IMG/VR virus record: IMGVR_UViG_3300048599_000085
Span: 1-41,872 of that record
Source of the DNA: a virus
Reading direction: 5' to 3' (one strand)
Length of the DNA: 41,872 nt
This document shows positions 5,897 to 14,244 of the stretch, piece by piece. Below the pieces are notes generated by a model. That model saw only the letters and a list, made by a program, of their open reading frames with translations. It had not been told where the DNA came from and ran no database searches. The translations under genes were made by a program, and so were the position numbers. Within the stretch, counting starts at the first letter, position 1. Each line of letters starts with the position of its first letter.

Positions 5897-6159
5897 CAAC
5901 GCGCGACCTCACACCGGGGGAAATGCAAGGCTGCGCGCGGTCTGACGCGCCCGGGGCCGGCGCGATCATCATTCCATCCGCTGGTGCTCGATCTCCCGCC
6001 ATATCGCCCGCGCCGCGATCAGGGCGAGGATCAGCCACGGCAGGTAGCACCACATCCTACGATCCCGACACCGTATCGCTGGTGGTCTGGAGTTTGTTCA
6101 TCTGTCTTTGGCTCCTGATCCCGGTCATCGGCATCATTGCAATTCGTCTGTTCGAGTGA
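5893..6159 (+). CDS. questionable ORF; only the C-terminal hydrophobic part (LVVWSLFICLWLLIPVIGIIAIRLFE) looks coding
   Basis: ATGA overlap with the cro stop supports it. However, the middle (PSAGARSPAISPAPRSGRGSATAGS) is low-complexity with GC3 around 59%, typical of an off-frame read. Confidence 0.3.
   Translation: MTTRDLTPGEMQGCARSDAPGAGAIIIPSAGARSPAISPAPRSGRGSATAGSTTSYDPDTVSLVVWSLFICLWLLIPVIGIIAIRLFE
5969..6055 (-). CDS. candidate 28-aa hydrophobic peptide, antisense within the PR operon
   Basis: Hand translation MWCYLPWLILALIAARAIWREIEHQRME. GC3 is 24/28, higher than the overlapping + frame. No convincing SD. Confidence 0.3.
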   Translation of the reverse strand: MWCYLPWLILALIAARAIWREIEHQRME

Positions 6160-6264
6160 GGTCACGACGCTCTGCGCTGCAACGCCGAGCGAATGAAAAG
6201 TCGAGTGTGTGTGTTTGGTCGGACTCTTCTTCATGTCGCAACGAAACCATGAAGGAGAATCCAA

Positions 6265-6621
6265 GTGTGGACGAAGTTGGCCAAAATGAGTGTGCGTGAA
6301 GCGATGATCGAACTGGTTGGCAAGCCCGGATATGGCGAGCAGCCGCGATGGTTTGAGAAGGTTGCCAATGCCGCAAACATTTCAAAGCGCACCGCTCGCG
6401 CGCTCTGGCGGGGCGAAATTCAGGATCACAATCACCGGGCAATCGTCGCCGTCCGCCGCGCCGCAGAACTCGCCGCCGCGCGCAAAGAGACGGCCGCCCT
6501 TGCGGCTCAGTTCCGCGCCACCATCGGAGGGATGCGTGAAGTCGATGAGAGTTTTTTTGGCCCGCAGATTGATCGGCTTGAGCGCCTCGTTCGCCAGCTT
6601 GGCTCTGTGGATCGCTCCTGA
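6265..6621 (+). CDS. hypothetical early regulatory-region protein
   Basis: 118-aa ORF. GTG start preceded by AAGGAGA 8 nt upstream. Confidence 0.6.
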   Translation: MWTKLAKMSVREAMIELVGKPGYGEQPRWFEKVANAANISKRTARALWRGEIQDHNHRAIVAVRRAAELAAARKETAALAAQFRATIGGMREVDESFFGPQIDRLERLVRQLGSVDRS

Positions 6622-6637
6622 GTTGAAGGGGTAAGAT

Positions 6638-7141
6638 ATGACACCGTCACAGGCAGTTTTTCACGAGCGGCACAAGGCGATCCATCATCGCATTGAGATG
6701 GCCGCTGATCGCGCGCACTGGAACGCCAAGGCGAAGGCGGATCGGGCACGGGTATCGATTCAAGACGGGGCCGTCGCGATTTGTCACGCTTCCGAGCCGG
6801 CCGCGGCTCCCGCAAAACGTGAGCCGTGGTTCCGCATCATCGGAATGGGAGCGCCATCAATCAGGGAAATCCGTCAGGTTGTTGGCGACTACTACGGGCT
6901 CACCGTCCACGACATGACATCAGTTCGTCGGAAGGCGCGGCTCGTTCGTGGTCGTCATGTCGCAATGTATATGGCGCGAATTCTGACAAATCGATCCTAT
7001 CCGGAAATCGGGCGGCTCTTTGGCGACATCGACCACACGTCAGTGATGTTCGCCGTGAAAAAGATCGAGAAGCTACTGGACGCCGATCCCGACATTGCGC
7101 GCGAAATAGCCGAACTCAAAGATCGGATTGGGGCGCTGTGA
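6638..7141 (+). CDS. DnaA C-terminal (domain IV) DNA-binding domain protein
   Basis: C-terminal half IREIRQVVGDYYGLTVHDMTSVRRKARLVRGRHVAMYMARILTNRSYPEIGRLFGDIDHTSVMFAVKKIE matches the DnaA domain IV pattern (R....aRq.AMYL.r.lT..S...IG..FG.rDHtTV.ha). No AAA+ motifs. SD AAGGGG. Confidence 0.75.
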   Translation: MTPSQAVFHERHKAIHHRIEMAADRAHWNAKAKADRARVSIQDGAVAICHASEPAAAPAKREPWFRIIGMGAPSIREIRQVVGDYYGLTVHDMTSVRRKARLVRGRHVAMYMARILTNRSYPEIGRLFGDIDHTSVMFAVKKIEKLLDADPDIAREIAELKDRIGAL

Positions 7142-7332
7142 TGAAACCATCCATCGCGGAAATCCTCCGTCGCATTCGCCCGTTGTCGCCAGTCCACAAG
7201 GCACATCACCTGCGCGCGCTGATCGCGCTGGAGCGGCCCCGGTCAATCCGCAGGACCGAGCTTGAGGCCGCGTTGCAGGACATCGTCAATCGTCAGCTGA
7301 AGCTTGAAATCAGGCAGGAGAGAGCAACATGA
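7141..7332 (+). CDS. small hypothetical protein (63 aa)
   Basis: Internal ATG of track ORF 6826..7332 (MKPSIAEILRRIRPLSP..). TGATG overlap with the upstream stop and ATGA overlap with erf. Confidence 0.5.
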   Translation: MKPSIAEILRRIRPLSPVHKAHHLRALIALERPRSIRRTELEAALQDIVNRQLKLEIRQERAT

Positions 7333-8060
7333 GCGCGCTGGAGAAAATCAATATCATCCCGCCTGCGGAGCCGGCGGCCTTGACGCCGATGGATATGCTC
7401 AATCGTGCGGTGGGACAGGGCGCGAGTATCGAGGTTCTTGAAAAGCTAATGACGCTTCAGGAACGTTGGGAGGCCAATCAGGCTCGCAAAGCATTCGATG
7501 AGGCGATGGCGGCGGCGAAAGCCGAAGTCCCAACGATCACGAAGAACCGCGAGGTTGATTTCAGTTCATCCAAAGGGCGGACCAACTATCGGCACGAAGA
7601 CCTCGCAGAGATCGCGAGAACGGTTGACCCGATCCTGAGCCGACACGGCCTTTCATATCGATTCCGTGTGACATCCAATATTAGCGAGCCGGTCACGGTC
7701 ACTTGCATCCTCTCGCACCGCGCCGGCCATTCCGAAGAAACGACGCTCAGTGCAGGCCGCGACGACAGCGGCAACAAGAATAGCATCCAAGCGGTCGGTT
7801 CGGCCATTACCTACCTACAGCGCTATACGCTGAAGGCCGCGCTCGGTCTCGCGGCTTCAAGCGACGATGACGGCGGCGCATCCGAACAGCCGGCTTACGT
7901 CTCGACCAATCAGCTCAATCAGCTTGTCGCTCTGGCTGATGAAGTCGGAGCGGATAAAGAGAAGTTCTGCCGCTACCTGCGAGTTGGTAGCTTGGCTGAG
8001 ATACCAGCTGAGAAATTCGCCCATGCCGTTCAGCTATTGGAAGCCAAGAGGGGGAAGTAA
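7329..8060 (+). CDS. erf: Erf-family single-strand annealing recombinase
   Basis: Motifs YRHEDLAEIARTVDPILSRHGLSYRF and SIQAVGSAITYLQRYTLKAALGL are typical of the ERF family. It sits next to the exonuclease and SSB genes. Confidence 0.75.
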   Translation: MSALEKINIIPPAEPAALTPMDMLNRAVGQGASIEVLEKLMTLQERWEANQARKAFDEAMAAAKAEVPTITKNREVDFSSSKGRTNYRHEDLAEIARTVDPILSRHGLSYRFRVTSNISEPVTVTCILSHRAGHSEETTLSAGRDDSGNKNSIQAVGSAITYLQRYTLKAALGLAASSDDDGGASEQPAYVSTNQLNQLVALADEVGADKEKFCRYLRVGSLAEIPAEKFAHAVQLLEAKRGK

Positions 8061-8680
8061 TGGAGATTATCACCTGCGAGCAGGGGTCTTTGGAGTGGTT
8101 TGCGGCGCGCGCCGGTCTTGTCACGGCAAGCGAGTTCCAGACCTTACTCATGAAGGGGAAGGGCGGCGGTGAGAGCCTGACCCGAAAGACCTATATGCGC
8201 AAGCTAGCCGGCGAGATCATCACTGGCGAGCCCATGGAGGCGTTTACGAACGCTCACATGGAGCGGGGGAAGGCTATGGAGCAAGAGGCTCGCGATCTTT
8301 ACGCCTTCATGAACGATTGCGAACCGCTTCAGGTGGGGTTCATCAAATCTGGCCGTAAGGGAGCGAGCCCCGACAGTCTCATTGACGAGAGCGGAGGCTT
8401 GGAAATCAAGACCCGGCTTCCTCACCTGATGATCGAGCTTCTCGAGTCTGGGGAAATACCGTCCGAACATCTCGCCCAGATTCAAGGCGGGATGTGGGTC
8501 GCGGAGCGGGAATGGTGGGACTTCGTCGCCTATTGGCCGAAGCTTCCGCTTTTCGTGAAGCGGGTTTACCGCGACGAATCCTACATCAAGAAACTGTCTG
8601 ACGCGGTGGATCAGTTCAACGGAGAATTGGACGCGCTCGTGGATCGAATCAATGCCTATGACTTGAAGGAGGCAGCATGA
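8060..8680 (+). CDS. YqaJ/lambda-Exo-like recombination exonuclease
   Basis: N-terminus [21 protein letters not shown] plus a PD-(D/E)XK-like core ([15 protein letters not shown]). TAATG overlap with erf. Confidence 0.8.
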   Translation: MEIITCEQGSLEWFAARAGLVTASEFQTLLMKGKGGGESLTRKTYMRKLAGEIITGEPMEAFTNAHMERGKAMEQEARDLYAFMNDCEPLQVGFIKSGRKGASPDSLIDESGGLEIKTRLPHLMIELLESGEIPSEHLAQIQGGMWVAEREWWDFVAYWPKLPLFVKRVYRDESYIKKLSDAVDQFNGELDALVDRINAYDLKEAA

Positions 8681-9135
8681 GCGGATCTGTCAATAAGGTA
8701 ATTCTGATCGGTAATTTGGGTGCCGATCCGGAAATCAAGCGTACGCAGGACGGGCGGCCGATCGCGAATCTGAGCGTCGCGACCTCGGACACCTGGCGCG
8801 ACAAGAACACCGGCGAGCGCAAGGAGAAGACGGAGTGGCATCGCGTCGTCATCTTCAATGAAGGATTGTGCCGGATCGCCGAGCAGTACCTGAAGAAGGG
8901 CGCGAAGGTGTATCTCGAAGGCCAGTTGCAGACCCGCAAGTGGCAGGACAAGGACGGCAAGGATCGCTACTCCACCGAAGTGGTGCTCCAGAACTTCAAT
9001 TCTGCGCTGACCATGCTCGACGGTGCGGAGGGGCCATCCTCATCGCGCGGAGATGCCCGGCGGGAGAACTCTTACGCCAGCGCCACGGGACGCAGCCAGC
9101 CTTCGTCCGACATGAATGACGATATCCAATTCTGA
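8677..9135 (+). CDS. ssb: single-stranded DNA-binding protein
   Basis: [53 protein letters not shown]..., with an acidic C-terminal tip DDIQF. Confidence 0.95.
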   Translation: MSGSVNKVILIGNLGADPEIKRTQDGRPIANLSVATSDTWRDKNTGERKEKTEWHRVVIFNEGLCRIAEQYLKKGAKVYLEGQLQTRKWQDKDGKDRYSTEVVLQNFNSALTMLDGAEGPSSSRGDARRENSYASATGRSQPSSDMNDDIQF

Positions 9136-9143
9136 GTATCGCC

Positions 9144-9527
9144 ATGTCTCAAACAGTGATCCTTCATAGCCAATCTCAGCGATCATTTGCCAAGCAGATG
9201 ATTGACCGCGCGCCTATGGATGCCGTTCTGACGATCCGCGCTGCAACACGCTCGACGGACCAGAACGCGTTGCTTTGGGCGCTTCTGTCTGACGTGTCCC
9301 GAGCTAAGCCGGAAGGACGCTGTCATACAGCTGAGGTTTGGAAGAACCTGTTCATGCATGCCTGCGGTCATGCCGTGCAGTTTGAAACGGGGCTTGACGG
9401 CAAGCCATTCCCGGTCGGCTTCCGATCGTCGCGGCTGACCAAGGCGCAATTCAGCGATCTCATCGAATTTATCCATGTGTGGTGCGCGGAGAAGGGCGTT
9501 CACCTTGAAACGAGGGAGGCCGCATGA
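9144..9527 (+). CDS. ninB: NinB/Orf-family recombination mediator
   Basis: RSTDQNALLWALLSDVSRAKPEGR..WKNLFMHACGH parallels lambda NinB (RSLDQNRKLWACLGDVSRQV..WKCVF). Confidence 0.8.
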   Translation: MSQTVILHSQSQRSFAKQMIDRAPMDAVLTIRAATRSTDQNALLWALLSDVSRAKPEGRCHTAEVWKNLFMHACGHAVQFETGLDGKPFPVGFRSSRLTKAQFSDLIEFIHVWCAEKGVHLETREAA

Positions 9528-9964
9528 GCCTGTCAGCCAAGCGCCAATTCTCGCTCGACCGTGTCGATAGTATGAATACGAGCCATCGTGAGCTTGTTCA
9601 CGAGTTTGGCCTGACGATTGTGAATGCCTTCATCAAGCACGGCATTACCAGTCCGGTAGTTATTCGAGAAATTATGCGTGAGGTATGGGGTGGTGCTCGC
9701 CAAGCCGGACAGCGCGTCGGCACGCTCGGTTCCTTGGATAGCCTTCTGATCAACTCAGGATCGTCGCTAACTGCCAGCGGGTTGCAGAGGTTTCTCGCTG
9801 ACAATCATCATTTCATAGTCTCATCCGAGCCATCCCGCGCGATGATCGAGGCGAGTATGTCTGAGGTAAGCGGATTCTCGACACGATGCACGAAAGAAGA
9901 GAAGCATCGTCGCAGACTTCGTGCCGCAATTCGTGCGTCATCAACAGAGCGAGGCGTGGTATGA
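9524..9964 (+). CDS. hypothetical protein
   Basis: 146-aa ORF with ATGA coupling at both ends. Confidence 0.55.
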   Translation: MSLSAKRQFSLDRVDSMNTSHRELVHEFGLTIVNAFIKHGITSPVVIREIMREVWGGARQAGQRVGTLGSLDSLLINSGSSLTASGLQRFLADNHHFIVSSEPSRAMIEASMSEVSGFSTRCTKEEKHRRRLRAAIRASSTERGVV

Positions 9965-10314
9965 GCGTTCAGTCACCTCGCAAATCTCTCACCCGTAATA
10001 AGCGTGCTGAGCTTTTCTTAGAGCATAGCGGCATCTGCTATCTGTGTGAGCGTCCTATCAACGCAGCCAGGGGCGAGGCTTGGGAGGTCGAGCACGTCGA
10101 GGCACGAGAGATTAGCGGTCGTGACGATTGGGCCAATCTGCGCCCGGTGCATATCGTCTGTCATAAGCCAAAAACAGCAGCCGACAAGAAGGTAATCGCG
10201 AAATCGAACCGGGTTCGCAATCGCAATCTTGGCATCAGAAAGCCGTCCAGCTTTGCTTGCTCCCGCAACTCTATCTGGAAAAAGAAAATTGATGGATCGG
10301 TGGTGCGCCGATGA
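9961..10314 (+). CDS. HNH endonuclease (HNHc type)
   Basis: Start ATG at 9961 (ATGA overlap). Motifs CYLCERPI..WEVEHVEAREISGRDDWANLRPVHIVCHKPKTAAD. Confidence 0.8.
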   Translation: MSVQSPRKSLTRNKRAELFLEHSGICYLCERPINAARGEAWEVEHVEAREISGRDDWANLRPVHIVCHKPKTAADKKVIAKSNRVRNRNLGIRKPSSFACSRNSIWKKKIDGSVVRR

Positions 10315-10871
10315 AGCGTCCCGAGGAACAGATTCAGCGGGCCGTCGTGTCGCATCTGAAAGCGAGGTCCATGCCTGGCATTGTTAAATACGGGAAGGGA
10401 AATCGATGGTTGAAGGAAACCGTAACGGAGCGTTTTGATAGATTTACAATACCGGACCCGAACAGTGGATGTCTCCTTTGGCTAGGATCGAATGATCGCA
10501 ACGGTTATGGCCAGATGCGTGTTGAGGGAAAGCTTCGATTTGCTAGCCATATTTCTCTTGAAATAGCTGGGAAGCCAGTTCCGGTAGGAATGAACGCGTT
10601 GCATCGATGCGACAACCCAGCCTGCGTTAATTCTGAGCACTTATTTATCGGAACTCAACGCGACAACGTCGATGACATGCACAAAAAAGAACGTGGGAAT
10701 TTATCCGGTCTTGCAATTGGAAGAGGTCATAACCGTCTATCGGATAGACTCCGAGCGGACGCAAAATCTCTTTTCATGAATGGCCTCAGCGGCTCTCAAA
10801 TCGCCCGCCATCTCAATATCAGCAAGACTACTGCCTGCGCCTTGACGAGAGGGTGGAGGGCGTTGCCGTGA
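10311..10871 (+). CDS. HNH_3-type homing endonuclease with C-terminal HTH, carrying a 23-codon N-terminal copy of the VRR-NUC 5' end
   Basis: CLLWLGSNDRNGYGQMRV..ALHRCDNPACVNSEHLFIGTQRDNVDDM (HNH_3) and GLSGSQIARHLNISKTTACALTRG (HTH). N-terminus KRPEEQIQRAVVSHLKARSMPG aligns with [22 protein letters not shown] of the next gene. Sharp GC3 drop after 10379. Confidence 0.8.
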   Translation: MKRPEEQIQRAVVSHLKARSMPGIVKYGKGNRWLKETVTERFDRFTIPDPNSGCLLWLGSNDRNGYGQMRVEGKLRFASHISLEIAGKPVPVGMNALHRCDNPACVNSEHLFIGTQRDNVDDMHKKERGNLSGLAIGRGHNRLSDRLRADAKSLFMNGLSGSQIARHLNISKTTACALTRGWRALP

Positions 10872-11254
10872 ATAGACCGGAACAAGAAATTCAAAAATTA
10901 TTATTCAAGCATATTCGGTCGCGAGCGATGCCTGGCGTATTTGCCTTTCATTGCCCGAATGGCGGGAAGCGTTCGAAAATAGAAGCATCTATTTTCAAAG
11001 GACTTGGGGTCAAGGCTGGAATTCCAGATGTTCTTATCTTCTACCGCGCCCAGATATTCGGGCTTGAGCTCAAGGCCGACAGTGGACGCCTGACGCCGAT
11101 CCAGCGGCAAGCCTTGAATGAGATGGAAGTGGCCGGGGCCAGAACGGCCGTCGCTCACAGCCTCGATGAGGCGCTGGTGACCCTGGAATGCTGGGGCGTG
11201 CTGCGTCGGGACGGGAATCGCAGTTTTACAACACCGGAGGGAAAGCATGTCTGA
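10868..11254 (+). CDS. VRR-NUC domain nuclease
   Basis: GTG start overlapping the upstream TGA (GTGA). PD-(D/E)XK signature [19 protein letters not shown] and [13 protein letters not shown]. Confidence 0.8.
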   Translation: MNRPEQEIQKLLFKHIRSRAMPGVFAFHCPNGGKRSKIEASIFKGLGVKAGIPDVLIFYRAQIFGLELKADSGRLTPIQRQALNEMEVAGARTAVAHSLDEALVTLECWGVLRRDGNRSFTTPEGKHV

Positions 11255-11513
11255 CGTGACGATTGGACACAATTCAGCAACGGCCGTTGCGGCCGATCAG
11301 TTGCGCGCGATCATCGAACGGGTGGAGCGCCTGGAGGAGGACAAGAAGGCGATCAGCGACGACATCAAGGATATTTATGCCGAGGCCAAGGGCAACGGCT
11401 ACGACGTCAAGGCGCTACGCACGATTGTCCGCCTGCGTAAGCAGGATGCCGATGAGCGTGCCGAACAGGAGGAAATCCTGGAATCGTACATGCATGCGAT
11501 GGGGATGGTATGA
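11247..11513 (+). CDS. DUF2312 / GapR-like DNA-binding protein
   Basis: [69 protein letters not shown] matches the UPF0335/GapR pattern. SD GGAGGG. Confidence 0.85.
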   Translation: MSDVTIGHNSATAVAADQLRAIIERVERLEEDKKAISDDIKDIYAEAKGNGYDVKALRTIVRLRKQDADERAEQEEILESYMHAMGMV

Positions 11514-12226
11514 TCACAAACGAATGCATCGACGCCGCCTTGAAGGAGCTTTCCGCAGTTGGAATCACCGGAACGGTGCGCCCGTCTGGCAAGCATGCTG
11601 CCATAGAATGGAAGCGCGGCGACGATGATCGCACATACCATGCCGCTCTGACGCCTTCTGACCGCCGCGCGCACCTTAATGTCAGATCCGACATTCGCAG
11701 GATGCTGCGCGCCGATGGCCTCCTTCATGACGAGGATGACATGATCGCCGGTGACCGGCCGCGGCTTGTCTTGGCGGATGGCCGCTTTGTCTGCGACAGC
11801 AGGGATATTGCCGCCCACTTCAGCAAGCAGCACAAGAATGTCCTGCAATCCATCGATAAGATCATGGAAGAATTGGGAGAATTTGGTCGGCTGAATTTTC
11901 AGCCGATCTCATATCTTGATAACAGCTCACGCCGGCAGCGCGCTTTTTGTCTGACGCGGGACGGATTTTCTATACTGGCAATGGGATTCACCGGCGATGC
12001 CGCGTTGGCATGGAAGGTGAAGTACATCGACGCCTTCAATGCCATGGAAACCGAGCTACGGCGCGTTTCCCCTGCGTCTCTGCCATCAGATGTAGAAGCC
12101 CGGCTCGGAAAACTGGAGGGGGACCTTAACGCTCTGATTGATCTTTCTCTGTCTCAACCAATGCCAGAGCCGGGATTCATCATCGTGAAATCATACAAGC
12201 GGCGGGCGCGGAGGGCCGCTGCATGA
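11510..12226 (+). CDS. Rha-family phage regulatory protein with an unassigned N-terminal domain
   Basis: The central/C-terminal block [65 protein letters not shown] is typical of Phage_pRha. Confidence 0.75.
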   Translation: MITNECIDAALKELSAVGITGTVRPSGKHAAIEWKRGDDDRTYHAALTPSDRRAHLNVRSDIRRMLRADGLLHDEDDMIAGDRPRLVLADGRFVCDSRDIAAHFSKQHKNVLQSIDKIMEELGEFGRLNFQPISYLDNSSRRQRAFCLTRDGFSILAMGFTGDAALAWKVKYIDAFNAMETELRRVSPASLPSDVEARLGKLEGDLNALIDLSLSQPMPEPGFIIVKSYKRRARRAAA

Positions 12227-13101
12227 ATCGATGGTGGAGGGCATACGAAGAAGCGGCGACCGACCCGAAGCTTCAGCTTCTGCCGGCAGAATTGTTTCGT
12301 ACCTGGTTCAACATGATGTGCATTGCATCGCGCAACGATGGCAAGCTTCCAGCACTCGCTCATATAGCCTACACGCTTCAGATGAAGGTGGATAAGGCGG
12401 CGCAGGCGCTGGCACAGCTTCATCGTGCCGGTCTTTTGGACAAGACGGAAGACGGATTTAAACCGCACAATTGGGATGGCCGCCAGTACAAGAGCGACCG
12501 TGACGTATCGAGCGCGGAACGGTCAAAGCGCTACCGTGACGCAAAGCGTGACCGTCACGGTAGCGTCACGCGTGACGTCACGGACCCGTCACGCTCCCCA
12601 GAGACAGAGACAGAGACAGAGACAGAAAACAAACACTCTCGGTCGGTCGCCAAGGCGACGCGACCCCGTGAGAGCCATTTCGACGAATTCTGGGAAGCCT
12701 ATCCGCGCAGGGATGGGCCAAATCCCCGCAAGCCGGCTGAGCAACGGTTCAACTCGCTGGTCAAATCAGGCGTTGACCCCGGCACGATGGTCGAGGAGGT
12801 GAAAAAGCTTGCTGTGGATGAGGGCACGCGCGGCAACATCGGCACCAGGTTCATCCCGCAGGCCATCACCTGGTTGAACCAGCAGCGCTGGGCAGATCAT
12901 GCTGCCGTCGCGGTGATGCAGCAATCCGCCGCTGCCGAGCGTTTATCTACCAAGGTCCACGTCAAGGCCGATACGCCGCAATGGCGGGCGTGGGCGCAAC
13001 ATCTTGGCCGCGAGCCGCCTCAGGACAGGCATTTCGGCTGGAGTTTCGACTCGGAGTGGCCGCCGGGACATGAGGCTTCCGTTTCGGAAGCTTCACTTTG
13101 A
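12223..13101 (+). CDS. replisome-organiser / replication-initiation-like protein (DUF1376/YdaU-like N-terminus)
   Basis: 292 aa. The call rests on position (last large early gene), the N-terminus WFNMMCIASRNDGKLP..LHRAGLLDKTEDGF, and an internal iteron cluster as in lambda O. The family assignment is tentative. Confidence 0.5.
   Translation: MNRWWRAYEEAATDPKLQLLPAELFRTWFNMMCIASRNDGKLPALAHIAYTLQMKVDKAAQALAQLHRAGLLDKTEDGFKPHNWDGRQYKSDRDVSSAERSKRYRDAKRDRHGSVTRDVTDPSRSPETETETETENKHSRSVAKATRPRESHFDEFWEAYPRRDGPNPRKPAEQRFNSLVKSGVDPGTMVEEVKKLAVDEGTRGNIGTRFIPQAITWLNQQRWADHAAVAVMQQSAAAERLSTKVHVKADTPQWRAWAQHLGREPPQDRHFGWSFDSEWPPGHEASVSEASL
12496..12625. promoter_or_regulatory. candidate replication origin: cluster of GTGAC/GTCAC iterons followed by (GAGACA)x4
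   Basis: 8 GTGAC/GTCAC pentamers in about 100 bp, including ACCGTGACG twice (12497, 12533), the palindrome GTGACCGTCAC and CGTCACGCGTGACGTCACGG. (GAGACA)4 lies at 12601-12624 and encodes ETETETET. Confidence 0.45.
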
Positions 13102-13160
13102 GGGCCGTAATGATCGGGTTGACGTGGTCACGCGAGTTTATCCGATACAAACGAGGGGTC

Positions 13161-13721
13161 ATGCAGATCATGGTGGGACGGCCGAGGAAAACGGGAAAGC
13201 GCGAGCCGAATGGCCGGATCGCCCGTGTCTACGTCAACCCGAAATCCCAGGTGGCGTCACAGCCGCACCGCGTCGGGGTGCCGCGCGAATATCGCGAGTG
13301 GCCGGAAGCCGGATCGGAATTCGGGCGCATGATGCTGCGGAAAATCATCACGCCGGCACAGTACGAAGCAGGGATGCTGTTTGCCGGACTCTCGGTGGCT
13401 TTCTGTGCGGTTTACGACATCCCGAGTCCTCACCCGCACGCCATGGATTTAACGCGCGTAGGAGTCTCGCTGGGCCGGGAAATGGCCCCCGAGAAAGCGA
13501 TCGAAATCAAGAAGCGATACAACAGGGCTTTCGATGCCTGCGGGGAGGCTGGGCGGAAAGCACAGATGGCAGTCAAGAACTGCGCGGTGCTCGACCGGAA
13601 AATCGACAGCTTCGAGATGCGCGACCGGCTTCGTGCTGGTCTCGACAAGCTGATTGTGCATTTCCACATAAATCCTCAATTGGAACTTGACAGGGAGTCG
13701 CGAATAACCGATCGTCATTAA
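13161..13721 (+). CDS. hypothetical protein, positional candidate for a late-gene regulator
   Basis: Track ORF 13098..13721. Preferred ATG at 13161 (MQIMVGRPRK..) after GAGGGG. It is the last gene before a terminator and the packaging genes. Confidence 0.5.
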   Translation: MQIMVGRPRKTGKREPNGRIARVYVNPKSQVASQPHRVGVPREYREWPEAGSEFGRMMLRKIITPAQYEAGMLFAGLSVAFCAVYDIPSPHPHAMDLTRVGVSLGREMAPEKAIEIKKRYNRAFDACGEAGRKAQMAVKNCAVLDRKIDSFEMRDRLRAGLDKLIVHFHINPQLELDRESRITDRH

Positions 13722-13739
13722 TGCAGATGCAGAATTGCG

Positions 13740-13779
13740 CCCGCCCGGTCGTTTGATCGCGGCGGGTTTTGTTTTGGGA
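13740..13779 (+). terminator. intrinsic terminator between the early-right operon and the packaging/late genes
   Basis: Stem CCCGCC-CGGTC / GATCG-(C)-GGCGGG with loop GTTT and one bulge, followed by TTTTGTTTTG. Confidence 0.6.
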
Positions 13780-13803
13780 AGGGGCGACCCCGGATTAAGG
13801 CAA

Positions 13804-14241
13804 ATGGCGAAGGCGACAGTAGAAATTCGATCAAAAGCTAGGTCTTATACGGACAGTGCTATTCGCGTGTTGGCTGAGATTATGAATAGCCCATCCGCTC
13901 CGCCGTCTGTTAGAGCCAAAGCTGCCACGGAGTTGTTGAACCGTGGGCACGGCACCCTGTTGGCTGACCATGCAGTATTTGTGTTGGATAACCGAGAATT
14001 CTACGTTTATTCGGTTCACGACAAGAGCGGATCGCTTATCTACATCGGCAAGGGTCGAGGGCGCCGCAGCTTTAGTTCGGCTGCCAGATTGAATGGTAAG
14101 GCTCGTATCAGGGCGATTTTTACGAGCGAAAAGCAGGCACTTTCATTTGAGAGAAGGCTGATTGAGAGCTTCAGGCCAATTAACAATTTCGTCTTTAATA
14201 GAGACGGATTTATCCCGCTCGATCAGCAATTTAAGCAATAA
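13804..14241 (+). CDS. GIY-YIG homing-endonuclease-like protein with a small-terminase-like N-terminal segment
   Basis: Preferred ATG at 13804 (AAGG upstream). GIY-YIG core FYVYSVHDKSGSLIYIGKGRGRRS...E. N-terminus AIRVLAEIMNSPSAPPSVRAKAATELLNRGHG resembles the TerS N-terminal motif. AT-rich region. Confidence 0.7.
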   Translation: MAKATVEIRSKARSYTDSAIRVLAEIMNSPSAPPSVRAKAATELLNRGHGTLLADHAVFVLDNREFYVYSVHDKSGSLIYIGKGRGRRSFSSAARLNGKARIRAIFTSEKQALSFERRLIESFRPINNFVFNRDGFIPLDQQFKQ

Positions 14242-14244
14242 AAA

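Noticed and set aside
12601-12624. (GAGACA)4 as a non-coding microsatellite
   Set aside because: It is in frame within 12223..13101 (ETETETET). I kept it only as part of the candidate ori and linker region.
6638-13721. DnaA-box cluster that would mark an origin for the DnaA-domain protein
   Set aside because: By eye I found only scattered 8/9 matches (for example ATTTCCACA near 13673, and TGTTCCACA on the minus strand near 28031) and no cluster. A formal scan is needed before any claim.
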